Shown here: piece by piece, positions 8,371-17,901 of the stretch
Layout of the letters: the number at the start of each line of letters is the position of its first letter
Numbering within the stretch: the first letter of the stretch is position 1
Virus record (IMG/VR): IMGVR_UViG_2923307698_000002
Location: 1 to 55,083 of that record
DNA length: 55,083 nt
Source: a virus
Taxonomy: Duplodnaviria > Heunggongvirae > Uroviricota > Caudoviricetes
Reading direction: 5' to 3' (one strand)
Translations under genes and position numbers: made by a program
Notes under the pieces: generated by a model
What the model saw: only the letters and a program-made list of their open reading frames with translations
Told to the model about the DNA's origin: nothing
Databases searched by the model: none

Positions 8371-8397
8371 CTGTGGATAAGATTTAGTTATCCACAG
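8371..8397. promoter_or_regulatory. inverted pair of DnaA-box-like sequences
   Basis: CTGTGGATAA-gatttag-TTATCCACAG; TTATCCACA matches the DnaA box consensus; about 200 bp upstream of the 255-aa gene. Confidence 0.3.
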
Positions 8398-8593
8398 ACT
8401 TATCTCCTAAGTTTCCGAGCGGCTACATGTTTTTTGTTGATTGTTTTATGTTTGGCGTAAAGTCAACAATTACTTCGCTTTTTGACCATTTTAGCCCATT
8501 GGAAATTACGATCATCTTCATGTAACCTTCTAAAACTTACTAAGATTGCAGAAGTTAAAGCAACATAGCTCGTAGTTTCTTAAAGGTGATTTA

Positions 8594-9361
8594 ATGCCAC
8601 AGCCGGCGCTAAAAGCGAACGAAATCAGCAGTGAATTAATCGATATTCTTGCGGCTCGGAATACGATATCCGAAATGCAATATTTTCGTTATATCAGAGA
8701 TATAGAAAAGTTGCGCGACAGCGCATCTGAGGACTATCTCAAAGCGTTGGCTAATGGTGCTTTTGGGCGTAAAGATACTGCAGTTGCATTCTTTGAAGAA
8801 GCATTGAAGCATAACAACCTGATCATTGCTCAAAATTATGTAGTTTATCTCAACGATTACGGCAGCTTCCGTGAAGTTGAACAAGTGGTAAATCGATTAG
8901 TTGAACGTTATAACTCCCCTACGATGCTGTCCCATGCATGGGAAGCTAACTTGTTCTTGGGGCGTATTGACAAAGCGCTCTACTATGCTGAGAGATTGAT
9001 AAGTATGGTAGATGAAAAGGAGGCTGAATTGGTTAAGCACCTCGCAGCCACAGCACTGGCCCAATCCACGACCTTCAAAAGTGCAACTGGAATTACTGAT
9101 GAAGAACTACAGGATATTGCAAACCGCATAGTGGATATCATGGCTGACCATAAAGTTAGTCCTGTTGCTATGTCTTTCTGCTCTATCCCTGAAGAGCGTA
9201 CGTCATCATATGTCATGGCAGTTAATACTGAAGATTCTGATGTTCTCTCTGATATGAACTTGGATATAGCATTTTCTCTTGCAGAAAATGAAAGTTTGAT
9301 TGGAAAACCCTTCAGCGTATGGTTTGAAGGGCGTTTGGAGGAACCTGCGCGTGCCAGTTAA
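8594..9361 (+). CDS. hypothetical protein (255 aa), first gene of two-gene cargo operon
   Basis: ATG 8594 after AAGGTGA; AT-rich codon usage unlike the flanking phage DNA; no family recognised. Confidence 0.55.
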   Translation: MPQPALKANEISSELIDILAARNTISEMQYFRYIRDIEKLRDSASEDYLKALANGAFGRKDTAVAFFEEALKHNNLIIAQNYVVYLNDYGSFREVEQVVNRLVERYNSPTMLSHAWEANLFLGRIDKALYYAERLISMVDEKEAELVKHLAATALAQSTTFKSATGITDEELQDIANRIVDIMADHKVSPVAMSFCSIPEERTSSYVMAVNTEDSDVLSDMNLDIAFSLAENESLIGKPFSVWFEGRLEEPARAS

Positions 9362-9734
9362 TAGTTCCGATTTTATCGCTTTCGCAAAAGATTGTGAAAA
9401 GCGTAACGACGAAATTGGTTACAGAAACGCTGTCGCACGTGCGTATTATGGTGCTTATCACCACGTACTTCCGTGTTTGACCATGGGGCCGAAAGAAAGT
9501 CACCAAGGCCTCATTGACTATCTTGTTAACGATGCTTGGAAGGGTAACGAACCTTTTGAAAAAAGAGACTTAATTGGTTTGGGGTATGCTCTTCAATCGC
9601 TTAAGGATCAGAGAATAGTTTGTGATTACAGACTTAACGACACTATTACGCCAACCCAATCAAGCACCGCGATTAAGACTGCAGAGAAATTAATCCAGCG
9701 TTGCGCTAATATGACCAAGTCTAAAGCGTCCTAA
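9351..9734 (+). CDS. hypothetical protein (127 aa), possible HEPN-like fold
   Basis: Probable GTG start at 9351 after GGAGG, overlapping the upstream stop; contains R-x6-H (RAYYGAYH); assignment speculative. Confidence 0.45.
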   Translation: MPVNSSDFIAFAKDCEKRNDEIGYRNAVARAYYGAYHHVLPCLTMGPKESHQGLIDYLVNDAWKGNEPFEKRDLIGLGYALQSLKDQRIVCDYRLNDTITPTQSSTAIKTAEKLIQRCANMTKSKAS

Positions 9735-9740
9735 TCCCCA

Positions 9741-9770
9741 AAATTGGCCTCATTTGAGGCCAATTTTATT
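9741..9770 (+). terminator. rho-independent terminator
   Basis: Hairpin TTGGCCTC-attt-GAGGCCAA followed by TTTTATT. Confidence 0.5.
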
Positions 9771-9774
9771 ATGC

Positions 9775-10140
9775 ATTGTATTTAATTTCACCGTGCGGAA
9801 GCATTACCCAATCATATGGTTCCGCGTATAAATTTTCGTTGATTTCGCGTCGCTGTGGGCTATGAGCCCTTGTGGTCTACTCCCTGTTTATCAAACAAAA
9901 TGCAGCTAGTGCGCGTATTTTGTGGAATGTGGGGGCGCAGCTCCATCGTCAAATTATTACACAAGCCTAACGAATCACGGGGCAATGAAAAGTATGGCTA
10001 AGATAGGCAGGTGCGGATACCTCTTTACTGCGTTTGTTATTACGCTCGGTATACGGTGAACGATATACGGGCAGGCAACGTTATCGCGACTGTTATCAAT
10101 AATACGTTTCAGTTTGTCCTCGAACTACATCACAACCGGC
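9775..10140 (-). pseudogene. integrase 3'-end remnant (frameshifted fragment)
   Basis: Nucleotide and translated similarity to the 3' third of the intact int at 11312-11700 (e.g. ...QGLIAHSDAKSTKIYT vs ...QGRMAHSDAKSTKIYT); 1-nt indel and stops; no 5' part. Confidence 0.6.
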
Positions 10141-10217
10141 TTGAAAACTAATTACTGGATTTTGTGCCTCCATAATCATATGATTTAAAATGTTATTTTA
10201 TAAAAAAGGAGTTGTAT

Positions 10218-11174
10218 ATGACCAATTTGTATAAGTTTATGGGAGCGGATATAATTGATAAATTGATGATGGATGAAACACATATAGGAATAAAATTCTC
10301 TCATTTACATGAATATAATGATCCCTATGAGTTTTTCCTTACTATTGATTTTAATCGCGGTTCTGATGAGTTAGCATTTTACAATGAAATGATTGGCATG
10401 GTTACAAAACAACCAGCAACTTGTTTTACGAAAAGCCCTGTGATACCACCTATGTGGGCACATTATGCAGGTAATTCTTCTGGTTTTGTAATAGAGATTA
10501 ATGAGGAGAAGTTTAAAAAGTATTTGGATGAAATCGGCTTCCAGGATCATAGTTCAATAGCAGATGTTGAATATAAAGATTCTCCAGATACAGGTATTGA
10601 AGACATTCTGGCGAGAGCATTTCATATCTGTAAACCTCGTTATATCTACTGGCTACAATCCTGTATAATGACAGCCGCATATTTGACAAAACAAACTTGC
10701 TGGAGTTATGAGCAGGAACGTCGCGTAATAATTAATGAGAAAGCACTTACTAAACTGAATGACAATCTTATGCTCCTTCCGGTACCGATTAATTGTATAA
10801 CTGGAGTTATAGTTGGGCACAAATCAAATGATTTATTAAAGCAGAAAATTCAATCTTTAGCTAAAAAGGCTAAATGTAGATATTTCGAAATGGTAATAGG
10901 AAAAACAACAACTACACCATTTCTTTTATCTCAAAATCTCAAATCACACCAATTTATTAATGGCAATATAATACCTGCATCAAGGCAATGTAAAAAATGT
11001 TATGAGCCTTTAAACATGGAAAATAAAGTTTGTGGCTGGTGTGGAATTACTAATCATGATGTGAAAATGGCAGAGTACCGTAATTCATTTCGAATGATAG
11101 CCAACTATGGTGGGCTGGATAAATATATATCATCCATGAATAAGATTACTGAAGAGTATAATAAGGGTAAATAA
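10218..11174 (+). CDS. DUF2971-like protein with C-terminal zinc ribbon
   Basis: ATG 10218 after AAAGGAG; motifs LYKF...FS...NDPYEF, MWAHYA, WSYEQERR recalled as DUF2971 signature; C-x2-C-x13-C-x2-C at the C-terminus; AT-rich. Confidence 0.55.
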   Translation: MTNLYKFMGADIIDKLMMDETHIGIKFSHLHEYNDPYEFFLTIDFNRGSDELAFYNEMIGMVTKQPATCFTKSPVIPPMWAHYAGNSSGFVIEINEEKFKKYLDEIGFQDHSSIADVEYKDSPDTGIEDILARAFHICKPRYIYWLQSCIMTAAYLTKQTCWSYEQERRVIINEKALTKLNDNLMLLPVPINCITGVIVGHKSNDLLKQKIQSLAKKAKCRYFEMVIGKTTTTPFLLSQNLKSHQFINGNIIPASRQCKKCYEPLNMENKVCGWCGITNHDVKMAEYRNSFRMIANYGGLDKYISSMNKITEEYNKGK

Positions 11175-11311
11175 ATTTTATTAATAAATATTGCTTTCTG
11201 GACAAGGGAGAAGTTATGGTAAATGGGCATAGAACTGCCTTTTAAATTAAGCTTTACTCTATGCCTTAGCAACCGTTATTGTCAGTCAAAATAAAGTGGA
11301 GAATTTAATAA

Positions 11312-12496
11312 CTAACCGGTTTTAATTTCTCCATGAGGGACAACAATCCAATCTATATGATTTTTAGTATAAATTTTAGTAGATTTCGCATCGCTATGTG
11401 CCATTCGTCCCTGCGGATCAATCCCTTGTTTATCAAATAGGTGAGCTGCCAAAGCTCTTATTTCATGGAATGTAGGTCTTTGTTCCATTGCTAGATGATT
11501 GCATAGTCCGAGTTTGTCTCGCACGGAAGAGAATGACCGACTCAAATAATCTGGTGCAACTTGAGTTGGGTGCGAAACCTCTTTACTGCGTTTAACATGC
11601 CGTTCTGGGATTCTATGAACGACAAAGGGACTGGCCACATTGTCACGGCTATTGTCAATTATCCGTTTCAATTCTTCACCAATTGGTATTGCAACATGTG
11701 ATGCCTCCTTTTTTTGTACTTTTTGCCTATGGATGTATAGTGTACCATATATGCCATTTTGTGGTTGTTCGAACCAAACACATCCACATAAACCGTCTTT
11801 AGGTTCGCGAATTGAGTAACGGATTCGCGATACTTCGAGTCGTGCATGTGTAGTCTGCAATGCTAGGTCCATTGCTGTTCTTAACCATGGTGCAGCGGCC
11901 TGCCTGATAGCTATAAAATGCTCGAGTGACAGGCGCCGTCTTTTCTTCTCATCAGTCCTACGCATTTTTTTTCTGATGGCCGGGTTATCCTGCATTAGTG
12001 ATTCATCGACCGCATAAGAGAACAACTTTTTAAGAAAGCTGACCTTTCTGTTCTGCACATTTGCGGATGCGCTGGCATGATATTTGTTGATGTAGGCATT
12101 AACGTGTTCAAGTTCGATATCGCATGCCGGAACATTTACGAAAAACGCTTTTACGCGTAGAGCGTCATTTTTCCAGTCATCTAAGGTACTCTGGGAAGGT
12201 CGTTCGTCTTCGATAATTCTGGCCATTATGTGATCGACATGTTCAGCAAATGGTTTTGCTTCTCCGGTGACCCCGCCAGATTCTCTAATAAGATTATCCA
12301 CTGATGGGTATAATTCTGATCGCATCCTCAGGTTGTACTCTCTGGCGATTGCAACGGCTATTGCCCGATCCTTACCTATATTTTTCTTTTTTCCGGTAAT
12401 AAGTGTGAATTTATAAACACCTCGATCTTTATCAAAAACCAGATAATCAGGAAGATGTCTGTATTCTTTTTTACGTGGCCTTGCCGCCATGGTCAT
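11312..12496 (-). CDS. int: tyrosine integrase, lambda-type
   Basis: 394 aa; N-terminal arm-binding region and C-terminal catalytic domain; ATGA overlap with xis. Confidence 0.9.
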   Translation of the reverse strand: MTMAARPRKKEYRHLPDYLVFDKDRGVYKFTLITGKKKNIGKDRAIAVAIAREYNLRMRSELYPSVDNLIRESGGVTGEAKPFAEHVDHIMARIIEDERPSQSTLDDWKNDALRVKAFFVNVPACDIELEHVNAYINKYHASASANVQNRKVSFLKKLFSYAVDESLMQDNPAIRKKMRRTDEKKRRRLSLEHFIAIRQAAAPWLRTAMDLALQTTHARLEVSRIRYSIREPKDGLCGCVWFEQPQNGIYGTLYIHRQKVQKKEASHVAIPIGEELKRIIDNSRDNVASPFVVHRIPERHVKRSKEVSHPTQVAPDYLSRSFSSVRDKLGLCNHLAMEQRPTFHEIRALAAHLFDKQGIDPQGRMAHSDAKSTKIYTKNHIDWIVVPHGEIKTG

Positions 12497-12702
12497 CCCT
12501 CATTTATTAACTTGCGAACAGCTTGACTAACCATTGAGTCGACTCCCCATTTTTCTGTTTCGCAGACAAAAACAGAACCGTCCACGATACGCCCCATGAG
12601 CAGACCGTTCTCGACCCAGCGTTTTATCGTTCGGTTGTCAGGAATTGAGCCATTAGAGAATTCACGGCGTCCCCATTGGCTCGCTTTCATTAGTTTTGCC
12701 AT
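12493..12702 (-). CDS. xis: excisionase (Xis-like)
   Basis: Start placed at ATG 12702 with GGAGAAA RBS (69 aa); coupled upstream of int. Confidence 0.6.
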   Translation of the reverse strand: MAKLMKASQWGRREFSNGSIPDNRTIKRWVENGLLMGRIVDGSVFVCETEKWGVDSMVSQAVRKLINEG

Positions 12703-12763
12703 GGCTGTTTCTCCACTTAACCCGCTGCACACGGGCAGTAATATCAAATTTCAGTCCTGATAA

Positions 12764-12979
12764 TTAATTTTGTTCTCTGGTTGCTACCTGTTTAATTGGC
12801 CTGATGCTGTCCAGGAGCAGTCGGCGGCGCGTATTTTCTGCAAAGTGGCGGCGTCCGGTTTCTTTGTGGTAAAACTCGTTTTCTCCGACGACCCACATCC
12901 GCTTTGTCTGGTGCAGTTTTTTTACCTGCGGACCGTTTCGGGTAATAACAATTCCTGTATGAGTTTTTATCACGCTCAT
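12764..12979 (-). CDS. hypothetical protein (71 aa)
   Basis: ATG 12979 with GGAGAA RBS; early-left operon. Confidence 0.4.
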   Translation of the reverse strand: MSVIKTHTGIVITRNGPQVKKLHQTKRMWVVGENEFYHKETGRRHFAENTRRRLLLDSIRPIKQVATREQN

Positions 12980-13338
12980 TTCTTATTCTCCGGTGCTTTC
13001 GGCATTACTGCCCAGTGAGTGATATTGACGTTTTCAAGGTCCCCGACCTGAAATGTCCACTGCCATTCTCCGGTTTCTTTTTGTCCCCAGGTGTACCAGA
13101 GAGAACGCCAGCCAATTAGCCAGCCTTCTCCGTTAGCATCAAATAACAGAACACTTTCATTTGCAGGTGGCAGTTCAGCTGACACTGGTATTATTTTGTT
13201 TTCCAGTGCCGCACATTTAGCTTCAAGCGCGTCGAATTTACGTACTAGGTACTCAGCATTTGTTTCGTTCACTTTCAGATCTCGCGGTACACATTTCCCG
13301 CGAAGAAACCCTTCCATTTCGAAAACATTCATGCGCAT
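12976..13338 (-). CDS. hypothetical protein (120 aa), Trp-rich C-terminus
   Basis: ATGA-coupled ORF in the early-left operon. Confidence 0.45.
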   Translation of the reverse strand: MRMNVFEMEGFLRGKCVPRDLKVNETNAEYLVRKFDALEAKCAALENKIIPVSAELPPANESVLLFDANGEGWLIGWRSLWYTWGQKETGEWQWTFQVGDLENVNITHWAVMPKAPENKK

Positions 13339-13865
13339 TTGCGTAACTCCGATAACTCGTTAAAGCGTTCCATAAACATCCCGTAGGCATGGCCCGGTGC
13401 CAGTGGAATCACGTTGAACATCTCTGTTGCCGGGATACCTTCCAGTACAGGCCAGAAAGAGCCATCATCAAGCCCGAGATCGCGGCGTTCGGTTGCCAGC
13501 ATGATGAGATCGGCATATTTCACGGGCGTACTCATAACTGGGGGTAACCCGTATTTCTCACGGATTACGGCGTCTATTTTTTCTTCCATTTGTTTATAGT
13601 CAGGAAGAAGGCGTTTCAGTGGTGCGGGAATGTCCTGGCAATACGCTTCTGTTGCATCATGCATTAACGCTTCAAAAGCAAATTCCTGCGGCACCAACTG
13701 GCTGCAAAGAACCGCATGTTGGGCGACGCTGTAGAAGTGCGAAAGATGACCGGCAAAGCGACAGATATTTGAAAGGGAAACCGCGATATCGTTAATATCG
13801 ATGTCGTCTTTATTTATCCTGTCATAATAAAAATGCTTCCCGGAAAAAGTTTTAATAAATGACAT
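13329..13865 (-). CDS. HD-domain phosphohydrolase (YfdR-like)
   Basis: Start at ATG 13865 with GGAGAA RBS; H...HD motif (LMHDATEAY) and conserved His residues. Confidence 0.6.
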   Translation of the reverse strand: MSFIKTFSGKHFYYDRINKDDIDINDIAVSLSNICRFAGHLSHFYSVAQHAVLCSQLVPQEFAFEALMHDATEAYCQDIPAPLKRLLPDYKQMEEKIDAVIREKYGLPPVMSTPVKYADLIMLATERRDLGLDDGSFWPVLEGIPATEMFNVIPLAPGHAYGMFMERFNELSELRKCA

Positions 13866-13992
13866 TTTGTTCTCCACGTATATGCGCTGCACCGCGCTGA
13901 ATTTTGGTTAAAGAAAACCCTCGCCATCAGGCGATTATTGAGTTAATTACGTTTCCATAAATGCCCCCGCAGGGGCATTTGCAGTAATGAAA

Positions 13993-14817
13993 TCAGGCGG
14001 TGAAAGTACCAATAAAGGTTTCTACTTTGCTGTCTTTGAATTTTTCAACAAGCAGATCACGAAATTCGTTAGCCATTTCTTCCTGTACTGCTTCCAGCTG
14101 AATAATGCGCAGAACCAGTACAGGGCGATCACCAGTGATAATGCTGAGGCGTAATTTAAACGGACGTTCTTTCAGGCCTTCAAACGGAACGCATTTAAAC
14201 TCAAATGCTACTGGCATAATGTCTTTGGTTTTCGCTTCGACAGACTCCATCAGAGAGCGTTTGCCGCTGAAGTCATTGTCTTCAAAATCAGCGGTCTGGT
14301 TTGCTTCAATCGTGATTTTACGGACCGCCGCAGCCGCTTTTGTTGCCTGAATGGCGTCACCATTAGCATCAAAGCCCACAAGGTAGTCGGCCCAGTCTTC
14401 AATCCATTCTGCCAGTGACTTCTGGGAGTTACGCTCGCCGTTAACAGACAACAGGGCAGAGAACGGTGCTGTCTTTTTCAGTTTGAGAGTGGCGGTGTTA
14501 TCTGCGTGACCTGGTTCATCAATAGTACCCAGGTTAAGCACACTGACGGCTCGCATATTATCAGCATCGATAAAGCAGCGGGTGCCTTCATCTGCAAGAT
14601 CTTTAGAATAACGGGTAAAGTCATCGATGCTGGCAGTGGAAAGCGCACCACGGAAACGGAAGCGATTTAAATTAAATTTTTCCAGATCATGAATGCGGAA
14701 ATTCTCAGGCAATGCCACAGCATCGGCACCAATCTTACTGATAATTTCATTAACACCCTGAGCAGAAATAAGGGCATGGATTTGATTAATTGCGGTTGCG
14801 TCTAAGTTCTGAGACAT
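13993..14817 (-). CDS. hypothetical protein, YfdQ-like
   Basis: 274 aa; gene order HD-protein/274-aa protein resembles the CPS-53 yfdR-yfdQ pair; from recall only. Confidence 0.45.
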   Translation of the reverse strand: MSQNLDATAINQIHALISAQGVNEIISKIGADAVALPENFRIHDLEKFNLNRFRFRGALSTASIDDFTRYSKDLADEGTRCFIDADNMRAVSVLNLGTIDEPGHADNTATLKLKKTAPFSALLSVNGERNSQKSLAEWIEDWADYLVGFDANGDAIQATKAAAAVRKITIEANQTADFEDNDFSGKRSLMESVEAKTKDIMPVAFEFKCVPFEGLKERPFKLRLSIITGDRPVLVLRIIQLEAVQEEMANEFRDLLVEKFKDSKVETFIGTFTA

Positions 14818-14882
14818 AATAAGTCCTCACTATATAAAGATATTCAGTGATGAGATAAATAATCAGTTAATTAAGAACGATA

Positions 14883-15245
14883 TTAATGACCTGCTGCGCG
14901 GAGTTTTCCGTCAGGTTCACCGGCAAGAGTCAGTAATTGTCCCTGGTCTTCCTGCAGAATAGTCAGGCGACCACCGCGATTGACATACATCGGCGTTTCG
15001 GTGGTGTCTTCTTCGGAAATTTTCCCGCGGTTAGTCGGGCGAACATATGAGAGTTTGTGTTTGATTTTCACACGGTTCTCATCAAATGGTTCGATTTCCA
15101 GGTTGAGTGAGACCTTACCTTTGGTTTTCGTGTTCATCACACCGGAAGCGACTTCACTGAGAACTGCGCCGATTTTGGTTTCAAATACGCCGCCGTCCAG
15201 CTCCCCGATAAATGCCTGCACATCAGTACTGCGTTCGCTAGCCAT
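14883..15245 (-). CDS. hypothetical protein (120 aa)
   Basis: Start at ATG 15245 with GAGGAG RBS; the longer track ORF lacks an RBS. Confidence 0.4.
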   Translation of the reverse strand: MASERSTDVQAFIGELDGGVFETKIGAVLSEVASGVMNTKTKGKVSLNLEIEPFDENRVKIKHKLSYVRPTNRGKISEEDTTETPMYVNRGGRLTILQEDQGQLLTLAGEPDGKLRAAGH

Positions 15246-15903
15246 TTTGCTGCTCCTCATCATATCGACCCTGTAAGGTCGGTTAGTTTCTCCACAAAAC
15301 AGAGAAGAACACCTGCGGTGGCAGCCGCCCGGATGGATTGGGTTATGAGCCCGTCGTCCGGTGATGCTCTTCTCTGTTTTGTAAAAAGAGCGGTACCAGC
15401 CGGAAGCAAGGGTACAAACTGGTACCGCCAAAGCAGTGGCTGTTGTGGTGGGGTTGTCACTCAGGCGTATGGTCAACCTGACAATCCGGTGTCCTCAACG
15501 GGGAAAGAGTAACCCCGCCATACTTACCGCCGCGCCATTTCGCGGATTACCACAACGCTGAGAGCACTTAGCCAGTTACAGCAACACACTTTGTCGCGGC
15601 TCCATAAATGCCCTCATCGTTGCACCCTGGTCTCTTCCCAGGCGTCAAACCGAATCGCCACGCTGGTTAGGCGTCTTATCAGCATCATCATTGACTTGCA
15701 CATTCCGGCTACCTGGTTTGTTTGCCCGAGCAAGGAGTGGATTGTCCCCTTTAACGTCCCCAGACCGCTAACGACGCATGTGCCATACGCCGTGTTACAA
15801 CCAAATTTTGTTAGTACCTTGTTTGTTTGTCTGGAAAGAAAGATAAAATGAAGTTGCGCATTATGCAAGTGTTTTTGTTGCGAGATATGCAATTTAAAGG
15901 GTA

Positions 15904-15927
15904 ATGAAAAGCCACCTTTGGGTGGCT
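15904..15927 (-). terminator. rho-independent terminator downstream of repressor gene
   Basis: Stem GCCACC/GGTGGC with T-run on the minus strand just 3' of cI-like stop. Confidence 0.5.
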
Positions 15928-15947
15928 AATTGATGAGGAGGTAAGGG

Positions 15948-16640
15948 TTAATTGTGTCGCTTAAGGGTTTGTGACTGGCTGATTAAGACCTTTCCAAAGA
16001 CCATAAACCGGTGTTCATTTTCGCTGGTAATTCCCCATTCACGGTAAATCTGGTTATCAGAAATCACCAGTAGTTTGTCAGGTATCATTTGCAGTCGTTT
16101 GACATAAATTTTATCATCAAAACCAAATACATAGATACCATCTCCATCAAACTGATTGATACTGACATCAACGAAGATGAGATCTCCTGGCTCAATGGTT
16201 GGACACATACTGTCCCCACGAACGTTGATAACTTTAATGTGATTGGCTGGCCGTCCGCCAAACATCGATACAGCATTATCAGTTCTGTATTCAATGGCAT
16301 GAATCACATCAATGACATCACCGCCCTGGATAAGGCCATTTCCCGCACTGGCACTGACATCCAGCATTTCAATACGGAATACATCCTTCACCTGCGCAAC
16401 ATCCTCACTAATACTGTTTTTACATACAGTATTACTTTTGACGTCTGAGGTAAAGAGATCTGCAATATCAACACCTAAGCTCCTGGCAATATTACTCAGG
16501 GCTTGTTCAGTGAATTGTTTCTGCTTACCTGTTTCCAGGCGTGAGATATTCGCCGCATCCACTCCTATTGCTTCAGCGAGATCGGCGATTTTCATGTTCT
16601 TCGCCTGGCGAAGTTGTCTGACTCGGTTTCCTATGTTCAT
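15948..16640 (-). CDS. CI-like repressor (HTH plus S24 LexA-type peptidase domain)
   Basis: N-terminal HTH (IADLAEAIGVDAANISRLETGK), C-terminal GDSM Ser and KRL Lys catalytic dyad. Confidence 0.85.
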   Translation of the reverse strand: MNIGNRVRQLRQAKNMKIADLAEAIGVDAANISRLETGKQKQFTEQALSNIARSLGVDIADLFTSDVKSNTVCKNSISEDVAQVKDVFRIEMLDVSASAGNGLIQGGDVIDVIHAIEYRTDNAVSMFGGRPANHIKVINVRGDSMCPTIEPGDLIFVDVSINQFDGDGIYVFGFDDKIYVKRLQMIPDKLLVISDNQIYREWGITSENEHRFMVFGKVLISQSQTLKRHN

Positions 16641-16737
16641 GCGTTTATTACATTTCTTTATTGCGTGTTAAGCAAATCAACTTGCGCAAAATATTTGCGT
16701 GAAATAATATGCTCATCACGCAATATGTGGAGGTAAT
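16641..16737. promoter_or_regulatory. immunity region operators and divergent promoters
   Basis: Repeated TTGCG(T/C)... half-sites (16660, 16682 palindrome TTGCGCAA, 16696) and inverted TCACGCAA (16715) between cI-like and cro-like genes. Confidence 0.5.
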
Positions 16738-16998
16738 ATGCAATCACCATTACGGAATGTGCGTAAGGCGCACGGATTTACTTTGCAGCATGTTGCTGCT
16801 GGCGTTCAGGTCAATCCAGCGACGCTGAGTCGTATTGAAAGACTGGAACAAGTTCCATCTATCGATCTTGCAGAACGTCTGGCCAATTTTTTTAAGGGTG
16901 AAATCAGCGAAATGCAGATTCTTTATCCGGCACGTTTTCAATCTAGCCAAAACCAGAATGGGTTTAAACCACAGGAACAGGAGGTAAGCCGTGGGTAA
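16738..16998 (+). CDS. Cro-like HTH (XRE family) regulator
   Basis: HTH motif FTLQHVAAGVQVNPATLSRIE; divergent from repressor. Confidence 0.6.
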   Translation: MQSPLRNVRKAHGFTLQHVAAGVQVNPATLSRIERLEQVPSIDLAERLANFFKGEISEMQILYPARFQSSQNQNGFKPQEQEVSRG

Positions 16999-17542
16999 TC
17001 ATCACTGGAAAGTGGAAAAACAGCCTGAGTGGTACGTGAAAGCTGTCAGAAAAACTATCGCAAAGTTGCCGGGTGGTTACGCTGAAGCAGCTGACTGGCT
17101 GGATGTAACAGAGAACGCATTATTTAACCGCCTTCGTGCCGATGGCGATCAGATTTTCCCGCTGGGATGGGCAATGATTTTGCAACGTGCTGGTGGAACT
17201 CACTTCATTGCTGACGCTGTGGCGCAGTCTGCAAATGGCGTCTTTGTGTCTCTTCCTGACGTCGAGGATGTGGACAACGCCGATATTAACCAGCGCCTGC
17301 TGGAAGTCATTGAACAGATCGGCAGTTATTCAAAACAGATTCGTTCAGCAATTGAAGACGGTGTAGTGGAACCGAATGAGAAGACAGCAATTAACGACGA
17401 GCTGTACCTCTCAATTTCGAAGCTGCAGGAGCATGCAGCACTGGTCTACAAAATTTTTTGCATTTCAGAAAGTAATGACGCCCGCGAGTGTGCAGCTCCG
17501 GGCGCCGTGGCGTGTCGTGACTGTGGAGAAACTAACGCATGA
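16991..17542 (+). CDS. CII/YdaT-like regulatory protein
   Basis: GTG start after AGGAGG; occupies the cII position after cro. Confidence 0.4.
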   Translation: MGNHHWKVEKQPEWYVKAVRKTIAKLPGGYAEAADWLDVTENALFNRLRADGDQIFPLGWAMILQRAGGTHFIADAVAQSANGVFVSLPDVEDVDNADINQRLLEVIEQIGSYSKQIRSAIEDGVVEPNEKTAINDELYLSISKLQEHAALVYKIFCISESNDARECAAPGAVACRDCGETNA

Positions 17543-17901
17543 ACAGTTTAACAACACACTACCGTCGCTCGCAACTGATTGCGCTTCCTGTACCGGGTGG
17601 AAAAGCGAAGGTGGAGTATTGCTATGCAGTAAATGTACTAGGTGACAGGGAAATTGTAACCCACAGCTTTGCAGAGTGGGCTGTGGGTGATTTCAACCGG
17701 CAGAAGGAGACAGTCCTTTGCGACAAGTTAACCGCTGGTTCAAAGATCACTACGGAGTGCCCGTCAGAGTCATTCGTTGGGAGCCGGAAACACAACGGGT
17801 TATCTACCTCCGCGAAGGCTATGAGCATGAGTGCTTCAGCCCGCTCGAACAGTTTCGTCGTAAATTCAGGGAAGTAGAGGTCGGTCATGAGCACTAAATT
17901 A
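17539..17901 (+). CDS. hypothetical protein, apparent frameshift near 17700
   Basis: Track ORF 17539-17877 becomes low-complexity after about 17700, while another frame encodes a protein-like tail (...[56 protein letters not shown]) ending at 17901. Confidence 0.3.

Noticed and set aside
15614-15892. 92-aa minus-strand ORF in the N position
   Set aside because: No RBS, no Arg-rich N-terminal motif, and composition unlike neighbouring genes; more likely a nut/promoter region, though a divergent N-like gene cannot be excluded.
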